Assembly: GCF_030028105.1 (NCBI RefSeq)
Contig: NC_092378.1
Span: 102,351,731 to 102,415,730, forward strand
From: Mobula birostris
Taxonomy: Eukaryota
DNA length: 64,000 bases
Direction of reading: 5' to 3'
Shown here: positions 50,238 through 62,464 of the stretch, one piece after another
How the letters are laid out: each line of letters opens with the position of its first letter
Position numbering within the stretch: the first letter of the stretch is position 1
The notes under the pieces: generated by a model
Told to the model about the DNA's origin: nothing
The model's database searches: none
The model's input: the letters and a program-made list of their open reading frames with translations, nothing else
Program-made: the position numbers and the translations under genes

Positions 50238-52725
50238 AGGCTATAAGACATAGGAGCAGAATTAGGCCATTTAGCCCATCAAGTCTGCTCTGCCATGCAA
50301 TCATGATTGATTTATTATCCCTCTCAAACCCAGCATCTCCCCGTTACCTTTGACACCCTGACTAATCATGAACCTATGAACCTCTGCCTTAAATATACTC
50401 AATGGCTTGGCCTCCGCTGCCACCCGTGGCAACAAATTCCACAGTTTCACTACCCTCTGGCTACAGAAATTCCTGCTTATCCCTGTTCTGAACGGATGTC
50501 CCTCTATTCTGAGGCTGTCCTCGAGGCCTACACTCACACACTATGGGAAACATCCTCCACATCCACCCTATCTAGGCCTTTCATAAGATTTTCTCCTTAT
50601 TCTTATAAACTCCAGTGATTACAGGCCCCGGGGCATTAAACACTCTTCATACTTTAACCCTTTCATTCCTGGAATTATTCTCGTGAATGTCCACTGGATC
50701 TTCTCTAATGTCAATACAACTTTTCTTCGATAAGGGGTCCAAAACTGCTCACAATACCCTGTGCAGACTGACCACTGCCTTATCGAGCCTCAGCATTGCA
50801 TCCTTGCTATCATATTCTAGCCAAATCAAATGCTAACATTGCATTTGCCTTTTTTTACCACCAACTCAACCTACAAGTTAACCTTTAGGAAACTCTGTAC
50901 AATGACCCCCAAGTCCCTTTGCACCTCTGATTTTTGAATTTTCTCCTCATTTAGAAAATAGTCTACATCTTTGTTCTTCTACCAAAATGCATGGCCACCA
51001 CTTCCCTACACTACATTCCATTTGTCACTCCTTTGCCTATTCTCCCAGTTTGTCTATTTCCTTCTGCAGACTCTCTGCTCAACACTACCTGTCCCTCCTC
51101 CTGTCTTCATATTGTCCATAAATTTGACCACAAAGCCATCAATTCCATCAACTAAATAACTGACATGTAACATGAAAGGAAGCCATCCCAACACAGACCC
51201 CTGCAGAATACCACTAGTCACCAGCAGCCAGCTAGAAAAGGCCCCCTTTATTCCTACTCTTTGTCACTTGCCAGTCAGCCAATCTTCTATACACGCTAGT
51301 ACCTTTCCTGTAATACCATGGGTCCTTATCTTGTTAAGCATCTTCAGGTTTTGCATCTTGTCAAGGACCTTCTGAAAATCCAAGGAAATAACATCCATTA
51401 ACTCTCCATTGTCTATTCTATTTCTTCAAATAATTCCAACAGGTTTGTCAGGCAAGTATTTTCCTTAAGGAAACCATGCTGACTTTGGCTTGTATTGTTA
51501 TGTGCCTCCAAGCATCCTGAAAATGAACTTCAACATCTTTCTAACCACTGAAGTCAGGCTAACTGGGCTATAATTTCCTTTCTTCTGCTTCCCTCCCTTC
51601 TTAAAGAATAGAGTGACAATTGCAATTTTCCAGTCCTCTGGAACCATTCCAGAATCTAGTAATCCTTAAAAGATCATTACTAATCCCTCCACAATCTCGT
51701 CAGCTACCCATCTCCTTCAGAACCTGAGGAGTTGTCCATCTGGTCCAGGCAACTTATCTACCTTCTGACTTTTCAGCTTCCCAAGCATCATCTGCTTTGC
51801 AATAGCAACTGCTCTCACTTCTGCCCCCTGACACTTTTGAATTTCTGGCGTACTGCTGGTCTCTTCCATAGTGAAGACCGTTGCAAAATACTTATTACAT
51901 TTGTCCGTGATTTCCTTGTTCCCCATTACTACCTCTCCAGTGTCATTTTCCAGTGGATGAACATTCCACTCTCGTCTCCCTTTTGCTCTTTATATATCTG
52001 AAAAGGCTTTTGGTAACCTTGCTGATATTTTGGCTAGTTTACCTCTAAGTTTCATGAATTCTCTTCTTATGTCTTTTTTTAGTTGCCTTCCAATGGTTTT
52101 TAAAATCTCCCAATCCTCTAACTTCCCACTAATTATTGTATGCCCTCACTTTTCCTTTCTTTGACTTTCCTTTGCTCCCTTTAGAATACTTCTTCATCGT
52201 CAGAATGTATTTGCCCTGCACCTTCCAAATTGCCCCCAGAAACTCCTGCCATTGCTGCTCTGACATCATCCCTACTGATGGTCCCTTCCAATCAACTGGC
52301 CAGCTCCACTCTCATTCCTCTGTAATTCCCTTTACTCCGCTACAATACTGATACATCTGACTTTATCTTTTCCCTCTCAAGCTGCAGAGTGAACTTTATC
52401 ATATTATGGTCACTGTCTCCTAAGAGTTCCTTTACTTTAGGCTCCCTAATCAAATCTGGTTCATTACACAACACCCAATCTAGAATTGTCTTTCCCCTAG
52501 TGGGCTCAACCACAAGTTGCTCCAAAAAGCCATCTCGTAGTCATTCTATAAATTCCATCTTTTGGGATCCAGCACCAACCTGATTTTCCCAGTTTACCTG
52601 CATATTGAAATCCCCATTGTTACATTTCCCCTTTTGACATGCCTTTTCTATCTCTCTTTATAATTTGCATCTCACATCCTGTCTACTATTTGGAGGCCTG
52701 TATATAATTCCCATCAGGGTCTGTC
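50238..52725 (-). mobile_element. CR1 LINE ORF2 (endonuclease C-terminus to 3' tail)
   Basis: VVEPTRGKTILDWVLCNEPDLI, DSDHNMIKF, NKYFATVFT, PGPDG, FCSQRVVKLWNLLP. Confidence 0.92.
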
Positions 52726-52730
52726 TTTGA

Positions 52731-53046
52731 ATTAGATTAGATTAGATTAGATTCAACTTCATTGTCATTGTGCTGAGTACAGCTACAAAGCCAATGAAAT
52801 GCATTTAGCATCTGACCAGAAATGCAAAGAATAGTGTTGTTTACAAAATAACTGTGAATAAAAAAGTGCTATAGCACACAAATATAAAAGTACTGAGACA
52901 GTACAATTTGGGTGCAATACTGCTTAGCGCTGTGATGTGAGGTTCAGCAGTGTCACAGCCTCAGGGAAGAAGCTCTTCCTGTGCCTGCTGGTGAGGGAGC
53001 GGAGACTTCTGTAGCACCTACCGGATGGGAGGAGAGTAAAAGTCCC
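52731..53046 (-). mobile_element. Rex1/Babar 3' end with (TCTAA)n tail
   Basis: (ttaga)n at 52732-52753. The minus strand gives LLPSGRCYRSLRSLTSRHRKSFFPEAVTLLN. Confidence 0.8.
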
Positions 53047-53094
53047 AATGCATTTATATTGGGACGTGAAGCAGATGATTTTTATTTGCATTCA

Positions 53095-54335
53095 TTTTCA
53101 TTTAAGAGAGTCAGTGGATGTTGTTTATTTGGATTTTCAGAAGGTCTTTCACAAAGTGCCTCACGTGAAGATGCTTAAGAAGATAACAGCCTATAGGATT
53201 ACAGGAAAGGTACTAGAATAGACAGAAATTTGGCTGCCTGACAGAAGGCAAAGAATAAGGGGCTTTTCTGGTTGGCCGTCAGTGATCAGTGGTGTTTTGC
53301 AAAGGTTGGTACTGGACCTGCTGCTTTCCACATTTTATGTTGATTCCAAGATTCAAAGTATATTTATTATCAAAGAAGGTATGAGATTTGGATTTGGATG
53401 ATGGAATTGATGGCTTTATGGTTGAGTTCACAGATGATATAAAGATTGGTGGTGTTGGGGAAGCATGGGAACTGCAGAATGACTTGGACAGGTTAGGAGA
53501 ATGGGCAGGGAAGTATCAGATGGAATACAGCGTAGGGAAGTGTATAGTCATGCACTTTGGTTGAAGGAATAAGGGCTTAGACTATTTTCTAAACAGGATG
53601 CGAATTCAGAAATTGGAGCTGGAAAGGGTCTTTGGTGTCCTAGTATACAGTTCATTGTGTTGAGTTGATAGTTAGGAAGGCAAATGCAAAATTAACATTC
53701 ATTTCCAAAGGGCTAGGATATAAAAGCAAGGATTTAATGGTGAGACTTTATAAGGCTTGGTTTGACCGTATTTGGACTATTATGAGCAGTTTTGGGCCCT
53801 ATACTTAAGAAAAGATATGCTGGCATTGGAAAGCGTCCAGAGGAGGTTTATGAGAATGATGCTGAGAATTAAAGTGTTAATGTATGAGCAGTATAATGGT
53901 TATCGTATGATGGCTCTGGGCCTATACTGGAGTTTAGAAGAATGAGGGGAAAACTCTCATTGAAACCTACTGAATATTGAAAGGCCTGGATCATGTGGAC
54001 GTGTGGGGAATGTTTCAAATAGTGGGAGAGTCTACAACCAGAGAGAACAACCTCAGAATACAAGGGCATCCCTTTAAAACAGAGATAAAGAGCAACATCT
54101 TTTGCCAGAGGGCAGTGAATGTATGGAATCCATTGCCATTCATGGCTGTGGAGGCCAGTTCATTGGGTACATAAAATGGGGATGTTAATAGGTTCTGGTT
54201 TAGTAATGGTGTCAAAGGTTATGGGGAGAAAGCAAGACAATGAGGGAAAATAGATCATCCTTGATCGAATGGTGGAGTAATCCTGATGGGCTGAATAGTT
54301 TAATTCTGTCCAATGTCTCATGGTCCTATGGTTTA
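53095..54335 (+). mobile_element. Old CR1 RT and 3' end
   Basis: [50 protein letters not shown]. Confidence 0.88.
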
Positions 54336-55819
54336 ACCAATGCAAATGGACATCTTGCTAGATTTGAACACATGCTAGATTTCCAAGACTCTTCATCACC
54401 TTGGGAAATGAATCTGGGCTGACTGACATTATCCAAACCCTGGGGGCATCCTGTAAGAAACACAACTATGATTTTACCCTCTCCCAGGATTGTTCTAATG
54501 TGCTACAACAAACGAGGCCATGAGGCGACACCTCCAGAGATGACAATCCTACACTTAGCGTATACACCACACTTCCAAGCCAAATGTAGGTCGACTCTCC
54601 AGCAAACCCACCCTGTCTGGAGAGTTGTATAAATTGTTAGAAGCCCACAGAGGAGATGAATTATTGATTCTGTTCAAAAAGAGATAAAGAAATTGCTTAT
54701 CCTTGTTAAAAAAAAGATTGCTGGAGCTAATTAAGCTGTGTAAAAGTACCTTGAGAAATTATTTTAGTAGGTGACTAAATATAGATATTTTAAAATACAT
54801 GATGCATTGCTAGGGACCCGGCTCTCATACATCCTCTTAAATGGCAATCAACACAAATTAAATAAAAACATTGTAGAGTGCTGTAAACATATAATGTTAT
54901 TGTTTTCACTGCAAAGGTCCGTCACAGAATCACACTTTCTGTTATGCTCTGTCTGTTCCCATCTGTCACATACACTGCACCTGACCCTCCGTTCAGCAGC
55001 AGCACAGGAGGAGGGCCGTCATGGCCAGTCATAATTTTCTGCTTGTGCCACTGTTCTTTTGCTGCTCGTTTCCCTGCTCCCTCCCTTAGTCCTACAGCTT
55101 CCTCTATCACAAATTTACACTTAATCTTTCAACAGGAAGAATTTATTGCACCCAGTAAGTGAAAATAATTTGGGATAGGATGCTGCAGTGTGCCGGTAGG
55201 CAAAGGGCCTCATTTGCAATACAATTGTACCAGTAAGGAACTTAAGTTAGGTTTGTTCCTGATTGTACACTATGTACTTTACCAGCTCAGTCACTACGAA
55301 TATACATACTATCAATGCACACAGAAAATGAAAATCAGCTATTGGAAGTGGAGAACGCTGAGAATGGGCAGATCATGTCTGTGGAAAGAGAAATGAGTTA
55401 CTGTTTCAGGTCAGAGGTATTAACTCTGGTCCTCCCTCTGCAGATGCTGCCTGAACTGCTACAGGCAATGCTACCCAGAGTTAAAATGCAGTGGTAATGC
55501 CCCTCTGTTACTGATATTACTGATACTTCCCCTGTGTTGAGTTGAGCAATTCTGATTGGTTCACTCAGTTTCTGATGCATTTATTTACTGCTTTAGCTAC
55601 TGTACTAGTAATAAGTTTGAGAAAATAGATCTGGGTAACTCTGGGCCTATTGCCAGGGAGCCTATAAACGGCCAAGCCTGTAACTGATATAGTGATATTG
55701 GCTGTGCTTTAAGAATGGCCAGAACAGCCTATGGAACTATTCTTAATGTCTGCGGCTGGTGGACGGGGAGATAAACTATTGGATTGTGTTCTGAAGTGTC
55801 TGTTCTTTTTTGCCTTTAG

Positions 55820-56462
55820 GAGTTTGATGCCGAAGACATTGGACGGACAGCTCACCATGGAGAAAACACCCAGTTACTTTGTCACCAGAGAAGCACCAAA
55901 ACGAATCTTCTCCATGGCAAAGGGCACCAAGCTGGTGGTGGTGGTCCGGAACCCAGTAACCAGAGCCATTTCAGACTACACCCAGACACTGTCCAAGAAA
56001 CCTGAGATTCCAACCTTTGAGGTTCTGGCCTTCAAGAACAGGACCCTGGGCCTGATCGATGCCTCTTGGAGTGCCATCCGCATTGGGATCTATGCCTTAC
56101 ACCTGGAGAACTGGCTCCAGTTCTTTCCCCTTTCCCAGATCCATTTCGTCAGCGGGGAGAGGCTCATCATTGACCCGGCTGGAGAGATGGGAAAAGTTCA
56201 GGACTTCTTGGGCCTCAAGAGGATCGTCACAGACAAGCATTTTTACTTTAACAAAACCAAGGGATTTCCGTGCCTGAAGAAACCTGAAGACAGCAGCCTG
56301 CCAAGATGCCTCGGGAAATCCAAGGGGAGAACTCATCCAAAAATAGATCCTGATGTAATCCATAGACTGCGAAAGTTTTACAGACCTTTCAACATCATGT
56401 TCCATCAGATTACAGGAGAAGACTTTGATTGGGAAAAGGATGAAAATCAAGAAATTATTTGA
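55820..56462 (+). CDS. HS3ST4: Terminal coding exon of heparan sulfate glucosamine 3-O-sulfotransferase 4 (sulfotransferase domain C-terminal part)
   Basis: Acceptor tgttcttttttgcctttAG|G at 55818-55820 (phase 2). The open frame runs (R)[20 protein letters not shown]...[13 protein letters not shown] (3'-PB motif)...[23 protein letters not shown]...* with stop at 56460-56462. [39 protein letters not shown] and [13 protein letters not shown] match my recollection of HS3ST4 rather than HS3ST2 or HS3ST3. Confidence 0.92.
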
Positions 56463-56588
56463 GCATGTCAACATCCAGAAGTTCAATAGAAGAGTATAGA
56501 AACTGGTTTCTTATTGAAGAAAGATATAGAACTAATAGGGCCATATTGATCGTCCTTCAAAATATAGAATGTTAATAAGATTGTAATT

Positions 56589-56594
56589 AATAAA
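56589..56594 (+). promoter_or_regulatory. Possible proximal polyadenylation signal
   Basis: AATAAA about 125 nt after the stop codon. It lies in an A-rich run and usage is unverified. Confidence 0.3.
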
Positions 56595-57392
56595 AAAAGA
56601 GGAATGATTTTTCAGCTATATTACAGATTACCAAAGGTGTTATGCTTATGAATTGTGGTTATTTTAGAGATGATTTTCATGTCAAGGTCAGCTTAATTTG
56701 CTGTTCTTTTCTCACAGTTTCCTTCATCCACATCAGATTGGTTGATAAAATCTCCTGAGGAAGCTCCAATCTGTCTTTATTGTGTCTCCTTCAGGACATT
56801 GCATCTTTGGTTGATTTACTTTGCTAATGCAAGGACCAATGTTTCACCATAGAGGTCACAGAAAAAGAAAACAAGCAAAGGGGAGAGCCTTCTGATCATT
56901 GCAGTGAGAGATGGAAATGCCGGGTGCAGTACAAGTTCGATTCTAGCCGCAAATATCAAGCAGTTGGTGGCAGGTAGAAGAGGGAGTTAGATTCAGGGTC
57001 AAGCTAATTTCAAGGTGTCACATTGAACTGTATTGTGCCAGGTAGAATGGTGGACAGATAGACCTATGTACTTCCTCGGTTTTACTATTTAATTCCTCCA
57101 GTGTCTGTGCACCAATCACAATACTGTCAGGGTGATGAGCATGATGTAAATTTGGTCAGTGACATTGGTTGTGTTCCTCTATATCTGAGGAAGTCCCATA
57201 GTAAGCCATATTTCAGTGCAAACACAGGGTGATACTTTTTATAATGTTCTGCACCTTAAGTGTGCAAGGACCTAATATTATCATCCATTCACTAATTTTT
57301 GCGAGAAAGAAGAGTCTTGAAATATAAAAGCATAGAAAACAGGTGCAGGAGAAGACCACCCAGCCCTTCAAGTCTGCTCTGGTACAAAGCGA

Positions 57393-57590
57393 TACACACA
57401 AAATGCTGGAGGAACTCAGCAGGTCAGGCAGCATCTATGGAAATGAATAAACAGTCAATGTTTTGGGCCGAGACCCTCTAACAGGACTAGAAAGGAAGAG
57501 AGGAAAGCCAGAACAAGATGGTGGGGAGAAAGGGAGGAGTACAAACTGGAGGGTGATAGATGAGACCAGTGGAGGGGAAGGTGGGCGAGT
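57393..57590 (-). mobile_element. Penelope-type terminal repeat (same family as 9404-9840)
   Basis: ACACACAAAATGCTGGAGGAACTCAGCAGGTCAGGCAGCATCTATGG...GGGCCGAGACCC is a reverse-complement homolog of 9750-9835. Confidence 0.7.
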
Positions 57591-58034
57591 CCCTTATTTT
57601 CTTCCTTTCTTTGATCCAAACTGGATCTCCCGAATCCCCTATCCTCCCTTCCCACCACCATCTCCCCAAGTTGTTACTGTTTATTCCCCTGTCTCCAGTG
57701 CCATTTTCTGCCTACCATCCTGTCCATCCTGCTTTCCAAATGCTTCTTCTCATTCTTGGTGTATGTATAGCCATGCCTCTAAAGGATAAGGGGTCTTCTT
57801 GCATTCTGTGCATCAGCCTTCAGCCCAGCATCTTTGCACCTGTTTGCAGCATCGGTATTTTGAGATAAACTGCTCTGAAGATTTCCAGCAATTGCAATGT
57901 TCTATTTCTGCTCTTAGTCTCAGAACCTCCGGACTGAGAAGAAGAAAGGAAGCAAAATGGATGCCTCCTTGATCACTACCATATCAGTGCAGTGAATCTG
58001 ACCTGAGAGAGGCTCTGTTGGTCAGGCTCAATGA

Positions 58035-58575
58035 TGGATATTACGTCCTAGCAGCTCTAGATACACAAGCCTGGGGGTACCATATGGTGAGCAAGCTTCC
58101 CCTCTCCACACATCTGATGAACCCAAATGAACAGCAGAGGCCAATACAATTTGGTACCAGTAGCTTTGCGAGAGTTGCCTGTCAGTGTTGAACTCAACAT
58201 GGGACTGCCTTAGGGACTCCAGCTCCAGATTTTTCCCTCAGTGTTCACTCCCGAAGCCTTCCCCATGAGTGGGTATAGCCACAAGTCAGAAGAGGTTTGA
58301 GATCAAAGTTTTCCTTCTCCTAGGTGAGCTGCCAACCATAGCTGATGAGCCCCATCTGCCCAAAGCAACTAGTTTTAAGGCAACAGAAACCCACCTTTGC
58401 CTCTTAAGATTCCTTAAGGTTGTTATAACTGGGGGTGTTAATGGGGACAAGCTCCCATTACCTATTAGCTCCCAATGGCGGGCACCTCAAACAGCTTCTG
58501 ACAGCCAAGTCCAGCTCCTGGCCTTCATGTGCAGCTGAACTACTAAGCCCACCAGAACTGTTTCTACTGCCAGGA
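58035..58575 (-). mobile_element. RTE-clade 5'-region fragment
   Basis: TTTCCTTCTCCTAGGTGAGCTGCCAACCATAGCTGATGAGCCCCATCTGCCC and GCCTTAGGGACTCCAGCTCC resemble RTE 5' regions read antisense. Confidence 0.5.
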
Positions 58576-58597
58576 ATCTGACCTGAATCTGGTGTAA

Positions 58598-59010
58598 ATG
58601 GTAATTGGTTTCTTGTTGTCTGATGCACCAAGATGCAGTGAAAAGCTTTTGTGTGCCATCCAGACATATCATTCTGTACAGAAGTACAAACAAAGAAACC
58701 AGATTCCAGAGTATTGTGTTACACTTACAGAGAGTGCGGCGTAGCAGACAAATAAAGTACAAGGGCCACAATGAGAGAGATTCATCTTTAGCATAAAGAT
58801 CCAGGAGGTCCATTCAATAGTCTGGTAACACTTGGATAGAAGCTGTTCTTGAATCTGTGCTCCCGATTTTGTACCTTCTGCCTGATGGGAGCCAGGAGTA
58901 GAAAGAATGACTGAGATGGAGTGACTTTTGATTACATAAACTGTTTTTTTGGGGCAACTGAAAGTTTAAACAGGGTCAATGGAGGGAATGCTGATTTGCC
59001 TGGCAGACTG
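58598..59010 (-). mobile_element. Rex1/Babar 3' end
   Basis: CTTCTGCCTGATGGGAG (LPSGRR antisense) and similarity to 23590-23925. Confidence 0.65.
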
Positions 59011-59015
59011 TGTTC

Positions 59016-59425
59016 TTACTTACCGCTCATTATGTCGCTGGTGTTTAGGGCATCATTAAAGGTTCTCCATCTCTAGTGGGGCTCAGGGCTTCCTTCATCA
59101 TTTTAGTAGCTTCCTCTCAGTTTTCACTACTGACAGTCATGCAAGTCCTTAGTGAGGTCTCAGGAATACCATTACATTCAGAGCAGACGGATTCTTCAAT
59201 GCTGTTTCCACCACAGTTTTGTTTTACCAGAGGTTTGTTAGCCCTGAGCTGAACAACTGAACCTAGAGGACCAGTGAACCTCTCTTAGTCTGACCTCTAC
59301 CCTTTGACCTGTTTAACATGGGTGACCCTACCAAGAACCAAAGCATAAAGCCCTGACTCCAACCAACATCGCTCTGCAGGTCAGTGAGGCACGCGAGCCT
59401 CCAACCACGACAAGGTTGTGGTCGT
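59016..59425 (-). mobile_element. Non-autonomous RTE/Expander-like element with (TAAG)n tail
   Basis: The minus strand starts CCACAACCTTGTCGTGGTTGGAGGCT...GGTAGGGTCACCCATG...CAGACTAAGAG...GGGCTAACAA and ends gtaagtaag. Confidence 0.55.
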
Positions 59426-60919
59426 CTTGGAGGACCTGTGCGATTTCCTGCAGCCATGCGCAGATCAGATGCCATGTTACGATGCAATGCATATGGATAT
59501 GATGTTTTATGTGGTTCCTTAGGAGATATTTCTGTAATTCAGTAAGGCCACAGTTGAGCCCACATGATGCAGCTTGAGAGCTTTCTTAATACAGGTATCA
59601 TTGCAGAAGGCTTTTATGGAGAGGCAGCTGGAAAGAATGATTACAGGAATCTGCTCTTTGCTTGGACTTTGTGTATTCTCTTCTCTGCAGTCATATGGAT
59701 TTCTAATGGGTGCTCCTGTCTTCTTTCACTTCCTACAGATGTACTCACAGGATTAACTAAGTTGCCTGTGGATGTAGGTCAATAGCAAACCAACCAAGGG
59801 GGAGTGTTGGGGCATGTGATAGAGAATGAGGCGCAGGGCTGTAAAGATTGATGGCAGGACTGATGGGATCTGGATGGAGCTGGTATCAGTCTGATGGATC
59901 AAGTAGCCACCTTCTGAGTCATTTTTACAAGGTTTATCTAGGGCAGCATTGGCAGGTTGGATGACGGCATCAAGATAATGAGGGTGGGTGTGGATCCCAT
60001 GAACAGGCAACAGAACAGGGGTACCTACCTGTGGATAATGCTGGGAAAGGATGTGAAAATGAAGACAGGGAGATGAATTGGGATGAAGAGCAATGGACTG
60101 GGAAGAGAAGCCATTTCTGAATTTGTGCTTACACAACTGAGGGTGAAGCCATTCATGTGAGTCTGTGTGAAAGGGGAGAATTCACAGTGACTCCTCCACT
60201 CCCAGTGTAAGGAAAAGAACAAGCTTGGCTGATGCCTTCTCAGATTAAAGTCTTGTTTAATAACAGTTTTTGTTATCATTTGTCCCGTGTAGAATGGAAC
60301 CATACTAGTAAATAGGACCGTCCTATACTGAGCAACACCTTCAGAAAGTCCTCTCTCAGAGTTCAGATCCCTCTGTAGACTCTGTTTTCTTTTACTCAAT
60401 ATCTCATGGTACAAGAGTCTCTCAGAAGACAGGCTGGAGGTAATTGAGAATAATTCTTTATGTGATTCTAATTTCCCTCTGGTAATTGCTTCCATTGTCT
60501 GGCATGAGCTGCTGATTTGTCCACCTCTGCCATCGATTGAAGTGTGTGCATTAATTGAAGGCCTGTGAATAAGCTTTTTTGTATTTATATGAGGTGAACG
60601 ATTGATCCTGAAGTATGTCTACCTTTTACAATCATGCTACGCTTCAGTGACTACTCTTCTTGATCTAATGCAGTCAAAAATAAGTTTTGTTTGCACTCTT
60701 GATCTATAAGGCAATTTAAACCAGGGAAACGTCCCTTAAGCATGCATACCGTCTGCTGCAGATGTACAGTACTGCAGCATTGCTGCAACTTACCAAATTT
60801 TAGAGTCAGGACCTTCAGCCCAAAGGGTCCATGCTGATCAAAATTCCCATCCAAACTATTTGTCTGTATTTGGCCAATATCCCTCTGAACCTTGGCCAAG
60901 TGTCTTTTAAATGTCCTTT

Positions 60920-62352
60920 ATGGAGAGAGAAACCGGGGAATTATAGACCGGTTAGCCTAACGTCGGTGGTGGGGAAACTGCTGGAGTCAGTTATCAAGGA
61001 TGTGATAACAGCACATTTGGAAAGCGGTGAAATGATCGGACAAAGTCAGCATGGATTTGTGAAAGGAAAATCATGTCTGACGAATCTCATAGAATTTTTT
61101 GAGGATGTAACTAGTAGAGTGGATAGGGGAGAACCTGTGGATGTGGTATATTTGGATTTTCAGAAGGCTTTTGACAAGGTCCCACACAGGAGATTAGTGT
61201 GCAAACTTAAAGCACACGGTATTGGGAGTAAGGTATTGGTGTGGGTGGAGAGTTGGTTAGCAGACAGGAAGCAAAGAGTGGGAATAAACGGGACCTTTTC
61301 AGAATGGCAGGCGGTGACTAGTGGGGTACCGCAAGGCTCAGTGCCGGGACCTCAGTTGTTTACAATATATATTAATGACTTGGATGAGGGAATTAAATGC
61401 AGCATCTCCAAGTTTGCGGATGACACGAAGCTGGGGGGTAGTGTTGCTGTGAGGAGGATGCTAAGAGGATGCAGGGTGACTTGGATAGGTTGGGTGAGTG
61501 GGCAAATTCATGGCAGATGCAATTTAATGTGGATAAATGTGAGGTTATCCACTTTGGTGGCAAAAATAGGAAAACAGATTATTATCTGAATGGTGGCCGA
61601 TTAAGAAAAGGAGAGGTGCAACGAGACCTGGGTGTCATTATACACCAGTCATTGAAAGTGGGCATACAGGTACGGCAGGTGGTGAAAAAGGCGAATGGTA
61701 TGCTGGCATTTATAGCGAGAGGATTCGAGTACAGGAGCAGGGAGGTACTACTGCAGTTGTACAAGGCCTTGGTGAGACCACACCTCGAGTATTGTGTGCA
61801 GTTTTGGTCCCCTAATCTGAGGAAAGACATCCTTGCCATAGAGGGAGTACAAAGAAGGTTCACCAGATTGATTCCTGGGATGGCAGGACTTTCATATGAA
61901 GAAAGACTGGATGAACTGGGCTTGTACTCGTTGGAATTTAGAAGATTGAGGGGGGATCTGATTGAAACGTATAAGATCCTAAAGGGATTGGACAGGCTAG
62001 ATGCAGGAAGATTGTTCCCGATGTTGGGGAAGTCCAGAATGAGGGGCCACAGTTTGAGGATAGAGGGGAAGCCTTTTAGGACCGAGATTAGGAAAAACGT
62101 CTTCACACAGAGAGTGGTGAATCTGTGGAATTCTCTGCCACAGGAAGCAGTTGAGGCCAGTTCATTGGCTATATTTAAGAGGGAGTTAGATATGGCCCTT
62201 GTGGCTACGGGGGTCAGGGGGTATGGAGGGAAGGCTGGGGCGGGGTTCTGAGTTGGATGATCAGCCATGATCATAATAAATGGCGGTGCAGGCTCGAAGG
62301 GCCAAATGGCCTACTCCTGCACCTATTTTCTATGTTTCTATGTTTCTATGTT
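60920..62352 (+). mobile_element. Young 5'-truncated CR1 LINE (RT and 3' UTR)
   Basis: Open frames 60831-61589 and 61469-62251 join through one frameshift near 61445: [51 protein letters not shown]. Tail (TTTCTATG)n at 62327-62350. Confidence 0.96.
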
Positions 62353-62464
62353 ACCCACCTCAATCACTTCCCCTGGCAGCTCATTTCATATATGTACCTC
62401 CATCTATGTGAAAAATTTGCCCCTTGGGTTCTTATTAAATCTCTGCCCTTTCACCCTAGATCTA

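Noticed and set aside
55731-55819. N-terminal extension of the 243-aa ORF ([11 protein letters not shown]...CLFFFAF)
   Set aside because: Intronic read-through. It contains the polypyrimidine tract and AG acceptor, and HS3ST similarity starts only at 55820.
61582-62274. 230-aa minus-strand ORF
   Set aside because: Antisense shadow of the young CR1 ORF2.
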